A model generated the notes under the pieces. The model saw only the letters and a list, made by a program, of their open reading frames with translations, did not search any database and was not told the DNA's origin. 64,000 nt of DNA from Octopus vulgaris (Eukaryota): NCBI GenBank assembly GCA_951406725.2, contig OX597821.1:65162001-65226000 (forward strand), in the 5' to 3' direction. Position 1 is the first letter of the stretch. Each line of letters starts with the position of its first letter. Positions 1-14,060 of the stretch are shown piece by piece. A program made the translations under genes and the position numbers.

Positions 1-46
1 ATTGTGAGCCCGACAACTTAACCATTGAGGAATGCATACATACGTC

Positions 47-439
<393 letters not shown>

Positions 440-1500
440 AATGTGTGTGTGTGTGTGTATTTATGAGAATATATGAGGATGGTACTTTTTGCCACATGCT
501 TCTAAAAACTGATATTCATGATGATCAGGATGATCATGATGATGTGTTAGTGGTGGCGGCGGCGATGGTGGTTCTGGTGGTAGTGCTGGTGGTGTTGGTG
601 GTGGTGATTACGCAGCTGTCGTTTGCAGTTAGTTTACTCGAGCTGACAGTTTTAAACAAGACATACTTTAACCAGGAGGAAAAAAAAAACTAAACAATAC
701 CCAAAACAAGCAAGCAAAAAATCACAAAACTCAAAATGGAGGTACAAAAAAAAAAAAAAAGAAATGGAAAAAAAAAAAGTAAAATAACAAATACTAAATA
801 ACATAAAATTACCCAATGAATGCACGAACTATATTTGGTGTCAATGCTGGGGGGCTGAAAGCATGCCGCTAGAATAATTTCAAATTGGCGTTATGTTTTC
901 AATTATATATTTATGTGCTTTTATTCCTCTGTTTATATATTTCTATTATATCCAAGTTCCTTGCCAGTTTAATTTAAATCCCACCCCGAAATCTACCATT
1001 GTCTTTGCATCCTGCACCCCGCTCCTTTATTGTTCTATGTCCAAATTCAACTGAGACGACGTATTTTTCATTTTAACATTTTTTTTGTGTTTTATTTTCG
1101 TCTTCCAATTTATAATGCTTTCTGCAACAGCAGCCAGCATTAATTTTGGAAAATGTCTGAGAGAGAATACTGAAACAACACATAATTTTTTTTTTTTTGT
1201 TCCTGCAGAGACAGACGATTTTTAGAACACCAACATGCCTATATCTATCTATTTCTTTATTTATCTGCCACCATTCTCCTAACACAAACCTACACACATA
1301 CATCCACACGCGCATATGTACGTATGTATGTATGTCTAAGTAAATGCAAATATATGTGTTTGCTTGTGTGCCTGCACCTGTGTATATGTGTGTATATTTA
1401 TGTATAAGTATACATCCACGTGCATGTATATATACATTTGTGTGTGAGAGAGAGTGAGACAGAGAGAGAGAGGGGGACAAAGTGTGTGTGTATAAGTATG

Positions 1501-1730
1501 AAGGCACGTGGTGTAATCGTTAGAGTGTTGTGCTCATGATTGCATGACCACGGTTTCGATTCCCAGGCCGGTGCTACGCGCTGTTTTTGAACAAAGCACT
1601 TCATTTCATGTTGTCGCGGTCGACTCAGCTGTAAATAGATCACAATGTAACAGAATGTGGTCTGTTGAGGTAGAATGTCCACCTGCTCGCCTAGCCAGCG
1701 ATAACAACATCAGATTGTCGATACAGTAAG
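1501..1730 (+). mobile_element. Degenerate tRNA-derived SINE
   Basis: A-box-like TGGTGTAATCGTTAG and B-box-like GGTTTCGATTCCC, followed by a SINE body. Confidence 0.55.
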
Positions 1731-1781
1731 TGATATACATACATACACGAACACACACACACACACTCACATATGTACATA

Positions 1782-1997
1782 CAATAATCCCTCGCTATAT
1801 CGCGGTTCACCTATCACGGTTTATTATTATATTATTTAAGCTTACGTCGATGCCTCCGTGGTATTGTTTTCAATTTATGATCAAATAACTATATACAAAT
1901 TAAACATATACAGTACAGTCCTGTTTCTATTTCGCAGATCTTCACCTATCGCAGGGTGTTGCAGAACGTAACATCCGCGATAGTCGAGGGATTACTG
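1782..1997. mobile_element. Tc1/mariner-pogo (Tigger-like) MITE
   Basis: TIRs CAATAATCCCTCGCTATATCGCG / CGCGATAGTCGAGGGATTACTG flanked by TA on both sides; no ORF. Confidence 0.8.
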
Positions 1998-2435
1998 TAT
2001 ATCACGGATTCTCTTGCCGTTAGACGACCACACAGATGATTTGTTTATAGTGATCGGATGTTTGTATTCACATAAGCTCACTCTCTCCATCAAATCGACA
2101 TTACCTGTTCAGGTGCACCGTGTGCCACATGCCACCTTATGAAATGATTGCAACGCCCGGTCTGGGAATCGAACTCGCGATCTCGCAATCCTGAGTGCAA
2201 CACCCTAAACCTAAGAGATTGTCAAACAGTGCTGAGGAGCTAACACGGACACAGATATAATCACACGCACACACCTATGTGTGTGTGTGTATACATATAC
2301 ATATATATATATATATACACATATATACACACACACACACATATATATATATATACACACACATATATGTATGCACTCATGCATATATGTATATGTATGT
2401 ATGTATATATACATGATAGGCTTCCTAGAGTTTCT

Positions 2436-2845
2436 TATTTCTTTACTGCCCACAAGGGGCTACACAGAGAGGGGTCACACAAGGACAGACAAAGGGATTA
2501 AGTCGATTATATCGACCCCAGTGCATAACTGGTATTTATTTAATCGATCCCGAAAGGATGAAAGGCAAAGTCGACCTCGGCGGAATTTGAACTCAGAACG
2601 TTGCGGCAGTCGAAATACCTATTTCTTTATTACCCACAAGGGGCTAAACATAGAGGGGACAAACAAGGACAGACATAGGTATTAAGTCGATTACATCGAC
2701 CCCAGTGCGTAACTGGTAGTTAATTTATCGACGCCGAAAGGATGAAAGGTAAAGTCGACCTCGGCGGAATTTGAACTCACAACGTAATGGCAGTCGAAAT
2801 ACCGATAAGCATGTCGCCCGGCGTGCTAACGTTTCCGCCAGCTCA
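2436..2845 (-). mobile_element. SINE family A dimer (tRNA head, Nin/Deu-like core, Tx1-like tail) nested in a SINE family B copy (about 2412-3000)
   Basis: Two ~180-bp units with CGAAAGGATGAAAGGCAAAGTCGACCTCGGCGGAATTTGAACTC; the family B sequence resumes at ~2850. Confidence 0.85.
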
Positions 2846-3076
2846 CTTCCTACAATTTCTATCTACCAAATCCACTCACAAGGCTTTGGTCTGCCCGAGG
2901 TTATACTGAAGACAGTTGCCCAAGGTGCCACGCAGTGGAATTGAACTCAGAACCGTATGGTTCGGAAGCACACTTCTTACAACATCACCACGCCTGCGCT
3001 TCGTTACTCCTGCACCTCTCCATGCCTGCATATATATGTGTGTATGTGTGTGTGTGTTTGTGTGCGAATGTGTGTG

Positions 3077-3117
<41 letters not shown>

Positions 3118-3884
3118 TTGTGTGTGTGTGTATGTGTGTGTGTGTTTGTGTGCGAATGTGTGTGTGTGTGTGTGTGTGTTTGTGTATAAAACCAAACTAT
3201 TAATATATCAAATATCTTTTTAAGTAGAATGGTTTATATAAGCGTGGAAACTAGTGTGAAGACGTGTATATGATGGAAGAGAATCTTGTATACATTCGAG
3301 TTCAAAAAAATATTACTCTAGCAACTAACAATAGGATATTTTCGATGACTATTATTAATTATTGTCAGTAACTTTAAGTTTCTTTTCGTTACGATAATTA
3401 TCATTGCTCTAATGATTGATTAGATTCTAAAACTATTTATTGTAAAACAGTTCTGTTATTTTAAGAAATTTTTATCTCTAGTATTTACGATAAATATTTA
3501 CTAAAAGAACAACGGAGTATACCGTTTTTTCAGTTAATTATTTATAAGACCCAACGGCTTAGTGTTTTGATTAAGATACAAAAATATTTTTTCCTTAAAT
3601 ACAATACGCGCTTTTTATATAAGAATTTGCTGTCGGTACCAAAAGAAAATATTTAAATACATTAAATTAAATTGCTAAATTTATAAATGATGTTGAATAG
3701 ACTTTGCTGTCATTGCAATTTAAGAAGTTACACATTAATGTACAAAGATAACTTGAATTTAAAAACTATGACATTTCATTAGAAGAACAAAATAACTATT
3801 TTGGGTGTCAGAAAAAAATATGAAAAGAAAAGGGTTTAAATTAGAAAAATATAAGTAATTAATTGTATACGAATTATTTCTTGC

Positions 3885-4650
3885 AAATAAAAATATATTG
3901 CGATAAATTTCGTGAGATTCTGTCTCAAAACTTACAATTTTTTTCATCATTTCAGTATCCTCAAAAGCGGCGCGCTGGCAGAATCGTTAGCACCTCAGGC
4001 AAAATGCTAGAGGCATTTCGTCTTTACGTCCTCAGTTCAAATTCCGCAGAGGTCGGTTTTGCTATTCATCCTTTTCGGATTCGATAACTTAAGAACCAGT
4101 TGCGTACTGGGATCGATCTAATCAACTGGCCCCCTTCTCAAATATTTCGGGCCTTGTTCCTAGAATAGAAAAGCAAATGAAAATATATTGCGATAAATTT
4201 GGTTAGGTTCTGTCTCATACTTTATAATTTTTTTCAGTATTGAAGTACATTCAAAGGCTGCGAGCTGGCAGAATCGCTAGCACCTCGGGTAAATTCTTCT
4301 ACACTGGAGCACTTTCATCATTACGTTCTGAGTTCAAGTTTACCTTCCGATTTTACCTTTCGACTGTGGTCATTTTTACCTTTCAACTTTTCTGAATCGA
4401 TAAATTAAGTACTAGGAAAACAGTGGGGTCGATGTTATCGACTAGTTCCCTCCCCAAAAACTTCAGGCCTTGTGCCTTTAGTAGAAAGTATCATTTTAGT
4501 GCCCTAAAGGCGGCGAACTGGCAGAATCGTTTGCATGCCGGGCAAAAATGTTTAGCGTTATTTCGTCGGTATTTATATTCTGAGTTCAAATTCCGCCGAA
4601 GTCCATGTTGTCTCTCCTTCTTCCGGGGTCGACGAAATAATTGCTACCTG
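3885..4650 (+). mobile_element. Tandem SINE family A copies; the first two are duplicated together with ~75 bp of flank (~295-bp unit)
   Basis: Heads GGCG(C/A)GCTGGCAGAATCG at ~3969, ~4259 and ~4512; flank AAATATATTGCGATAAATTT repeated at ~3891 and ~4181. Confidence 0.8.
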
Positions 4651-4821
4651 AAGATGTGTGCATATGATGGGAGAAAATCTTGTATACAAACGAGTTCCAA
4701 AATGTAGTATTCTAGCAAACAATAACAGGATGACTATCATTACTCCATGTACTCCCTCCCCCGAAAGCACTGGTCTGTGCCAAAATTTGAAACCATTTTT
4801 AGTGCCCCAGTGTAGAAGAAT

Positions 4822-5102
4822 TGTTTGTTCCTCCTCGATCCACGCCTGGCTCATAAGGGCCAGTTTCCTGGTTTCCTTGGCGAATAGGTTCCCCACCTGG
4901 ACGGGACGCCGGTCCGTCGCAGGCGAGCTGCAAGATACAGGAGGAAAGAGTGAGAGAAAAAGTGTCAGCAGAAGTTCGCCATTACCTTCTGCCGCAGCCA
5001 CATGAAGCTTAGGTATTTCGCTCGTAAACACACACAGATTCGAACCCGCGATCCTTCGACTGCGAGTCAACTGCTCTAACAACTAGGCCATGTGCCTCCA
5101 CT
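4822..5102 (-). mobile_element. tRNA-derived SINE with V/Meta-like central domain
   Basis: Minus-strand head GTGGAGGCACATGGCCTAGTTGTTAG...GGGTTCGAATC; CCTGCGACGGACCGGCGTCCCGTCCAGG motif; 13-bp TSD AGTGTAGAAGAAT at 4809-4821 and 5103-5115. Confidence 0.85.
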
Positions 5103-5853
5103 AGTGTAGAAGAATACGAAGGTAATATTTAGAAACTATTGTATCAGTACATCAAAATTATTCTGTTAAATTTATAATTGAAGCTTTTTTTTTTGTGCGT
5201 ATGTTTTTCAGTACAAAACAAAAGCAAGGAAAAATAAATCTTCTGGACAAAATTGCCTCGAATCCGAGGAGCCATGAGAGTGTATAATTGCTTTCCATGT
5301 CGTATAAGTGACGAAATCAGAACATTCTCCCGGACAAAATTTCCGTCATAAAGCTGTTCATTTATAGCTGAGTGGATTGAGTAGCGTGAAACAAGTATTT
5401 TGTTCATGAACAAAACGCACGTTCGATCCGGGATTAGAAATCGCACTCTTGCGAACATGAGTGTAACACCCTATCTGCTAGTCTTCACAGCTAGTCTTCA
5501 CATGCCTAATTTTAAAAGTTGGATGCATTCTTGACATTGTGTTCATGAGAAATTGAATTATAAATAGCAATGAAACATTTTCTCTAAATGTCCAGATACA
5601 TTATAGGAAAGATTCAGGAGTTTCTGAATATATTTGTAGTTTTACATTTGTTTCTTTTATGTGATGTAAGTTCAAGATACGAAAAAAACGACAGGGAAGT
5701 TTACAGCTTGGATTTGAGAAATCTACTTCTTTAAAGTAATTATGGAGATTTCTTGCGAAATTTTTCGGTAGTCTGATGGATAACGTAATAATCAGACCTA
5801 ACAAAGACAGACGTTTAGCATGATATAAATCTCAAGTTATAACTGGCAATCTC

Positions 5854-6005
5854 AGGCGCGGGGTGTTGTAGCTTGCCTACTAACCACATGGCTCCGGGTT
5901 CAGTTCCACTGCGTGGCACCTTGGGCAAGTGTCTTCTACTATAGCCTCGGGCCGACCAAAGCCTTGCGAGTGGATTTGGTAGACGGAAACTGAAAGAAGC
6001 CCGCC

Positions 6006-6052
<47 letters not shown>

Positions 6053-6270
6053 TAACAATAAGGATTTTGTAACAAGTTGCTTGACCACGTACTGAAAATT
6101 TTAGAAATAGCAGCCAAAGGACTACTATTTCCTTTTTCTACAAAAATATGTCTCCACAGACAATATTGTTGTCTATGGAGAGATAGTTTTTGTAGAAAAT
6201 GAAATAGTAGTCCTTTGGCTGCTATTTCTAAAATTTACGGTTAATTATCTTTCACCCTATATCTGTAATG

Positions 6271-6353
<83 letters not shown>

Positions 6354-6596
6354 TGTATGTATGTATGTATGTATGTATGTATGTGTTTATGTATCTGTGT
6401 TTGTCTTCCCCAACATCACTTGACAACCGATGCTGGTGTATTTACGTCACCGTAACTTAGTGGTTCGGCAAAACAGACCGATAGAATACTACTAGGCTTA
6501 AAAAGAATAAGTGCTGGGGCCGATTTCCTCGGCTAAAGGCGGTGCTCTAGCATGGCCACAGTAAAATGACTGAAACAAGTAAAAGAGTAAAAGAGT
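5854..6596 (+). mobile_element. SINE family B with an internal microsatellite that has captured a fold-back insert
   Basis: Head GGGTTCAGTTCCACTGCGTGGCACCTTGGGCAAGTGTC, then (TA)n/(TATG)n, 3' half ...GTAACTTAG...CATGGCC...(AAAGAGT)n; same layout at 39105-39505. Confidence 0.85.
6096..6236. repeat. Fold-back inverted repeat (~65-bp arms) inside (TA)n
   Basis: AAATTTTAGAAATAGCAGCCAAAGGACTACTATTTC... pairs with ...GAAATAGTAGTCCTTTGGCTGCTATTTCTAAAATTT. Confidence 0.9.
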
Positions 6597-7643
6597 AAGC
6601 GAAAGATATACTGTACCTAACCTATGTCTGTGTATATATACATATATATATATATTTGTGTGTATAATTGAAGTCTATATATTTGTGTGAGTGTGTGGGT
6701 ATGAATACCTTAAAATATATGTAACGGATATAAATTCGAAAATACGTAGTAATAACACAGATTCAAAAGTATAGTATCAGAACGTGCATACGAACGATGT
6801 TGGAAACAAATGAACGAAAGTGTACTCAATACGGGGTCTTGATGGTGTTATTTATTAAGTCTACCTACACCAGAAATATATAAAAGCAATAAAAAGATAT
6901 TCTTCGTTTTATTATTAAAGATAAAATAACTTAGAAACCACAAAACATTCGTCTTCAGTAAATATATATATATATATATATATATTGTAGAAATTGTCAT
7001 ATCTAAATATTAAGAATCTCCGTGGAAAATTATATTTTAACCATTTAACCAACAGTTTTTCATTCATTTGTTTGTTTATTATTTATTTATTCATTTATTT
7101 TTGTTCTGAAATCAATTTTTTTTGTTTATGATAAACAAAACATTTCTCGCAGTTATCGGATGATATAAAACGGTTTATTAAATATTAAATACCACGCAGC
7201 AATTTCTTTGCACCAATAATATCTGTATAACGTTGTTTTCTATTATGAACCCAAGCACTTTGACTATCGCATCTGCTGTAATGTTTTGTGCGCGATTGGG
7301 GAGGAAAGTTGTGAATGGAATAAAAAAGAAACACAGTGTCTTCTAAATTCAATACTAATTCAGCAAAAAGGAAACAAAAATAAATTCGATACCTGCTGAC
7401 CCAGTATATATATTTATATATATACATACATACTCACATACATACATACATACATACATACATACATACATACATACATACATACATACATACATACATA
7501 CATACATACAAGTTGCAATAAACCCTTTATTATAATTAATATAATTCTTACCAAATATGGTCATTTCCATACCGAAAAAGCTACTAGGTGAAATTTATTA
7601 ATTTTATTAAATTAATTATATTTCACCCTTTATGTGTATTGTA

Positions 7644-7717
<74 letters not shown>

Positions 7718-7843
7718 ACACATATATATATATATAGAGAGAGAGAGATTGAGAGGGAGGGTTATGAGAGGAAATTGTGTCTATAAGAACCAAAGGTTTG
7801 AGGTAATGAATAAATGCTAAGGATAGACCATAGTTAAGTTTTT

Positions 7844-7979
7844 TATCTCTTCATCGGAGACTGTGTGAGAGAATGGTTAAGCAATGGTTAGTCTTATCTA
7901 AATTAACTATTGCTTAACCATTCTTTCACACCGTCTCCGATGAAGGGATATAATAAATATTCTGGAAACAGCTATGGAC
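7844..7979 (+). ncRNA. Fold-back repeat (7844-7950) running into a degenerate type I hammerhead-like motif (7933-7979)
   Basis: GTCT CCGATGA AGGGATAT-AATAA-ATATTCTG GAAAC AGCT ATG GAC; palindromic loop III AGCT; cleavage triplet decayed. Confidence 0.55.
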
Positions 7980-8404
7980 CTTTCTATTTATAATTGTTCT
8001 AAAATCTTCACATCCTTGTTTTTTTTTTTCATTTCATTCTGAAAAAAAATATATATATATATATTTATATATATGTGAGAGCAGGAGTAGCTGTGTGGTA
8101 AGTAGCTTGCTTTCCAACCACATGATGGTTCCGGGTTCAGTACCACTACGAGGCATCTTGGGCAAGTGTCTTCTACTAGAGCTTGTGTGCATGTATGTAT
8201 AAATTTATATATGCAAAAGCCCAGACGTGAACATATACATGTATATATATATACATACATACATACATACATACACCCGCATATATTTATACACGCACAT
8301 GCATTGACTCATATGTGCACATATATACATAGACGTATAAACTTATACACACATACACAAACATAAACTGGTATATGTATATCTATATAATACATGTATA
8401 TATA

Positions 8405-8462
<58 letters not shown>

Positions 8463-8463
<1 letters not shown>

Positions 8464-8668
8464 GCCATGATAGATCCTTAGCTCCTACACGCATTTTTTG
8501 TCTCCTTGTTTCTCTCAGTGTTTTTTTTCTGTGTATCTTTGTGTCGAAGAGCGTTGGCTCGAAACTTAAAAGACTTTTTCTTTTTCTATTCCTGAGCGCT
8601 ATACTAATACATTTGTTTGTTTGTACTCCACCTGCCTTCGCCTTTTGTTTATTTTCGTAAACTTTCCC

Positions 8669-8670
<2 letters not shown>
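8463..8670 (+). mobile_element. Small PLE-terminus-like element in (TA)n with a decayed hammerhead (8536-8573); same family as 39697-39907
   Basis: TCTTT GTGTCGA A GAGC-GTTG-GCTC GAAAC TTA AAAGA; reverse-complement similarity to 39697-39907; (TA)n on both sides. Confidence 0.7.
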
Positions 8671-8721
<51 letters not shown>

Positions 8722-8730
8722 TTATATATG

Positions 8731-8761
<31 letters not shown>

Positions 8762-9521
8762 ATACATATATGTAGGCATGTATAATTATACGTTTACATA
8801 TGTGTATATGTTTATATATTTATGCGTATATATATACATATATATATACATACAGACACACTCATACATACATACATACATACATACATACATACATACA
8901 TACATACATACATACATACATACATACATACATTGAATAATCGATAATGCAGTAAGTTAGTGTCAGTTTATTTAATAGATATATGATTAAAACGTCAGCT
9001 TGAAATAAATATTCGATGAAAATAATTGACATTTGTGCAGGATTTGTAATTATTTTCTTAATTTTCTGATAATTATGGAAGACAAGTCCAGTCATGATTT
9101 GCTGTTATTACAATATCTTCAGTGGTTGGTGACTCGAAACATTTTAACATAAAACCTTTTTTCTTGCAAATGCATGCACCATCTTGTTCAGTTTCTTAAA
9201 GATTTTTTCATCACAGCTTTGAGGCGGATTAAATCTCAATACCTCACTGGCTTTTGTGTTGAACATTGCGACAAAATATGTGGTAAGAAGCTTGACTCCC
9301 AATAACATGTTTCCAGGTTCAGTCCTACTGCGTGGCACCTTCGGCACTACCAAAGCCTTGTCAATGGACTTGATAGATGGAAACTGAAAGTAGCCCATCG
9401 TATACATATATGTGTGTGTATGTGTGGGTGTATGTGTTTATCTATGTGTGTGTGCCTTTGTGTTTGTTCGCTTGCTTGAAAAACGTCTTTGATGTGTTTA
9501 CGGCGTCAAAACTTTTAAATC

Positions 9522-9587
<66 letters not shown>

Positions 9588-9671
9588 CATTATTATTCCG
9601 GTCACTGCCTAGAATCGAACTCTGAATCTTGGGGTTAGTAGCCCGCGCTCTTAGTCACGGGCATATAATAA

Positions 9672-9809
9672 CATTGAAAAATACCTTACGAATGAGAACC
9701 CAGGTTCGAAAATTCCTCAAGACACCTGATGAAGCCGAAATATTGTGTTAACAAGATGAGGACAAATTTCCGTCAAATGTAAATAATGTAGATAATGTAA
9801 ATAATGTAC
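9672..9809 (+). mobile_element. Small element with a stem II-deleted hammerhead relic (9721-9749); same family as 33827-34046
   Basis: GACAC CTGATGA AGCC GAAA TA TT GTGTT followed by ACAAGATGAGGACAAAT...(AAATAATGT)n, matching 33945-34046. Confidence 0.7.
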
Positions 9810-10726
9810 GCCCATATATGTTTGTAAAATATACATACATTCATACATCCATGTGCGTGTGTGTGTGTCTGTGTGTGTGTGTGTGTTGCATTATCATCAT
9901 CCGGATTATCTTCAAATATGTTCATGTAGTTCGGAGATTTTTGTTCTGTGAGTACTTTTAAGATTGCACAAAACGAAACCGTTGAACATACATTTCAAAC
10001 TATAATTAATTATCATGAGTTGCAAAAATTCATGTCCAATTTGTTTGTCATTTACATTTTTTTTGGCTCTCACTGTATAAACGATGTTTATTTTGGCTGC
10101 TGTTATTTAACTAACTGGTGGTTTAAGTCATAGACGTCACGGATCGTACGTGAGAATGTCGCAATTATAAACTCTTATTTGTCCCTGGTATAACGACTCA
10201 TGCTGTCGCACTCTCTTCCGTTTCAAGTTAAAACAGAAGAGTTGTTGTTTGTATCAAGAAGCCATCTAGTTTTCGTTTCTTTTTTGCTTTTATTTATTCA
10301 TGTGTATTTTAAATTTTTTTTTTTATTTGTTCTCTCTTATCGCAGATCAAACTTGATTGATCGGGGACTCTTACATTCAGAAAAAATCTCAGCAATATCT
10401 TTTGCTTTCTTTCGTATTTTTGTAATTAGATCAACATTATCCAGGAAGGTTCTCTGAATATTGGTTTCAAATTTTGACACAAGGCCAGTAATATCGGGGG
10501 AAAGGGTATCGATTTCATTGATTTCAGTTCTCAACTGGTATCTTTACTTGTTTCAATCATTTGACTGCGGCCATGTTAGAGCACCGCCTTTAGTTGAACA
10601 ATTCAACCCCAGGACGTATTCTTTATAAGCTTAGTACTTATTCTATCGGTCTCTTTTGCCAAACCGCTGGTTACGGGGATGTAAACACACCAACATCGGT
10701 TGTCAAGTGATGGTGGTGGCTATATG

Positions 10727-10766
<40 letters not shown>

Positions 10767-11156
10767 TGTGTGTGTGTATGTTTGTGTCTGTTTGTTCCCC
10801 CAACATCGCCTGACAACCGATGGTGGTGTATTTACGTCCCGTAACTTAGCGGTTCGGCAAAAGAGAACGATAGAATAAGTACTAAGCTTCCAAAGAATAA
10901 GTCCTGGGGTCGATTTGCTCGACTAAAGACAGTGCTCCAGCATGGCCGCAGCCAAATTACTGAAGCAAGTAACAGAGTAAAGAGTATATATATATATACA
11001 TATGTATGTATACGATGGGCTTCTTTCAGTTTCCGCCTACGAAGTCCACTCACAAGGCTTTGGTCGGCCCGAGGCTACAGTAGAAGGCTTTGGTGGCAAA
11101 CGTTCAAACTGCCACGCAACAAAACTGAACCCGGAACCATGTGGTTGGGAAGCAAC

Positions 11157-12516
11157 TTTGTTTCTTTTAAATTGCCATAAAGGCATTACACAGAGGGGGA
11201 CACTACAACACAAATGGGGACATATAACAATTAAAAATATGAAAATAAAATATGATATAAGGAATGGCACATGAAAATGAACATGAACAACAAATCAAAA
11301 TATTTTAAAATATAACATGAATGATATCTGAAAATGTTATGAAGAGTGTTCTACTCACCTCGCACTGAGTAACACCACTCGCCGCCTCTGGGCCCTAAAT
11401 CCTTTTTCTCCTTCAGTCCAATACTTTCCCCCTTCTCTCCATCACCTAGTGACATCATTCACTCCGCCATGCATTCGTAATCTTTTTCACCGGGGCAGTG
11501 AGGGGGGTCTTCTAAATATTGTGATGTCTGTTCTTTCTTTTTCTGTTTTTTTTTTCTTGTGGGAAAATGGGGTGGGTGTCTTTCTCTTTCTCCTTGTGCT
11601 CTCTGTAACTTTCCATTCTTCTTCATTTTCATCCTTTCCTCCGTCTGTCTTTTCTTCCTCTTTTTTCTCTTCCGTCTCCACAACTGTTTCCTCAGCCATC
11701 GCTCTCTGTAGTGGGCAATATGCTCTAATGTGGCCCTTTTGGCCACATTTAAAACAACGTAGTACTCTATCTTCTACCCACACCATCAGCACGATTTCCC
11801 CCAACGTCACTGTCTCTGCCAAGTTCTCCAGTGACCCTCCTCCCTCTGAATAATGAGTTCAAGTGTCCTTCCTTTCCACCCTCCTTCGTCCATTTCTGTG
11901 ACTTGGAAGACAGCCACCTCCTCGCTTCCAACAAGGACAGCTGCCGCTCCCCAAGCCACTTCTACATCCGGTGGATTTGCTTCTAACCTCACCTAGGAAG
12001 TCTTTCTTTCAAGGTATGTGGGCATAAGCACTAATTTGTCTGTTTTCACGGCCACACTCGCCAGCCTCCTCACCTCCTTTACTGTCGATTGCCCCATGTC
12101 TTCTTCCTTTGGTTATATACGTTATCTCCTTTGATCGTTCCCTCAGCGCCTTTTCCACTTCTGCCTCCACCTTTTCTGCTTATTTTCCTTTCAACGAATT
12201 CACCTTACAAGTGATCGTTGTCTTCTCCGTTCTCTCCATAATTCATTTGGGGATAGACAACTTCACATCGCCGCCCACCTCCTGAGCTATCTTCTCACTC
12301 CTTCAAGTTAGCCAAGTCCATTTCCGTTCGCTTCACCTCTGTGGCTTCAGCAAAACTCTTTGTCTTCAACAATCCGTCCATCTTTATGACCGACTTTACC
12401 AGCTCCGACGACGACAACTCAGACCCGTCAAGGTCTGAGTACATCTAAGCAACACAAAAAACTACGTCCGACTCTTACAAAATCCAGACAGCAAATAATC
12501 CAACGCATGCGCAGAT
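11157..12516 (-). mobile_element. Degenerate ORF1-only Tx1/L1-like element (CCHC zinc-knuckle gag-like ORF, no RT) inserted into a family B SINE
   Basis: RCFKCGQKGHIRAYC knuckle in ORF 11487-11822; frameshifted ORF from ATG at ~12381; tail resembles the Tx1 tail at 55475; host SINE split at 11156/12517. Confidence 0.7.
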
Positions 12517-13559
12517 GCAAGCTTCTTACCACACAGCCACGCCTGCACCTATAGTAATTCTTTTCTTTTTTTCTGAGCCCGACAGGATGAAACACTAAGT
12601 CGAACACGACAAAATTTGAACTCAGAACATAAAGACAGGTGAAATGCATGTAAGCAAATTGCCTTATGCCTGACAGATTCAACCATTTCGCCTACCTCAA
12701 GGTCTTTAGATATTAGGATGTAATGTGTGAGAGGGTTTAGCAATACCGGCGGCCACCTGAGGACTCACTCCCTCATTTATATAAGTTGAACATCTTTAAT
12801 TCGGGGTTGGATTTTTGTTTTGTTATTATTCATCTACTCTCTTACCTACTTCAGCCTATGATCTGTGACCATGCTGGAACACTATCATCATTTCGTCTTT
12901 TTAATATTTTTGTGTTTGTTTTTTTCCCGAAAATTTGTGATTATTACCAAGGCCTATACACAAGAAGGTTAACCAGCCCTTCGTCCAGGATTTTTGAGAA
13001 ACAAAGATGTTCCGTGAATATCTAGCAGATATGTCCCGAAAAACAGAAATAAATACAACTTCGCCCTTGATTTGGAGAACTCCATACTCGCCTGGACATG
13101 AAACACTCTAGCTTTATCTTATCAGACACCCTTTCTTTTTGTTGTTGCGCTATCTTCACTCTAAGAGACAAGTTTTATATCTAATCACGTTTTTCGAAAT
13201 GATATCAATAAATATAAAACCAGCCATTTCTTAATTTTTCAAAATTACTTTTTATGTGAAATTTAGCGTCAGTAAAAATGTTCTTTGAAGTAATTTGGAG
13301 ATGTTTTTGTAATTTTCTTTCGTCAATTGTATTATGGCATGAAATAATTTTATATTTTGCGGTAATACTTCTGCAGTTTGCATATTTGCTTATACTTGAG
13401 TGACTGTGTTCAACATAGTGACTTTTCTGTGAGAATTTTTTATCACAGACATTCGTTAATCTATAGATCGATAATATTTCCAGCTTATGAGAAGTTCAAA
13501 GCTTCACGTACATTCTTTTATTCTTTCATTTGTGTTTGTCATTGGGATGCAGTCATGAT

Positions 13560-14060
13560 GGAGAACCACCTTCAAATAGCTCTTCGTAGTGCGGCCTTTG
13601 GGAATGTGGGAAACCTTATGGGAAGTCCCAAAGCTTGCAGGAAAATTGAAAGAAAGATCTTCAACGAGTACGTCTTGTCAGTGGTAGTTATGACAGTGAA
13701 ACATGGGCTATCATTACTACCATCATGAATGCCCTCATTGTAGCCCAACCGAAAATGGAATGAACCGTGATCAGCAGCACATTGCGGGACAATAAAACCA
13801 GTACCTAGATTCGGCAGCATACGAGAGTCACCTACACCATTAGAACAATCAAAGAGAGCAAATATAGAGGGGCTGACCACATCGTACAACTGAAGAATAT
13901 GATATGGACAGCAAGACAATGGAGAGGATCAAGAAGCCGACGAAACCCGCTACATGTGGACCACATGAAGACAACTGGCCAGAGACAAACAACGGTGGAA
14001 GAAATCCAGAGCTGAGTTCCTCCTCCAGGAGAGATGAAACCCAGGTTCAGGAGTGTATAA
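13560..14060 (+). mobile_element. Decayed RTE-clade LINE fragment (RT C-terminal region)
   Basis: Frameshifted RKIFNEYVLSV..SETW..AQPKME..ADHIV motifs typical of the RTE thumb region. Confidence 0.6.

Noticed and set aside
5035-5100. tRNA-like sequences here and at ~2155, 5400, 9600 and 34080
   Set aside because: They are SINE heads without a full cloverleaf, not tRNA genes.
10310-10457. Polypyrimidine-CAG acceptor-like site and short ORFs
   Set aside because: No donor, partner exon or recognisable protein motif.
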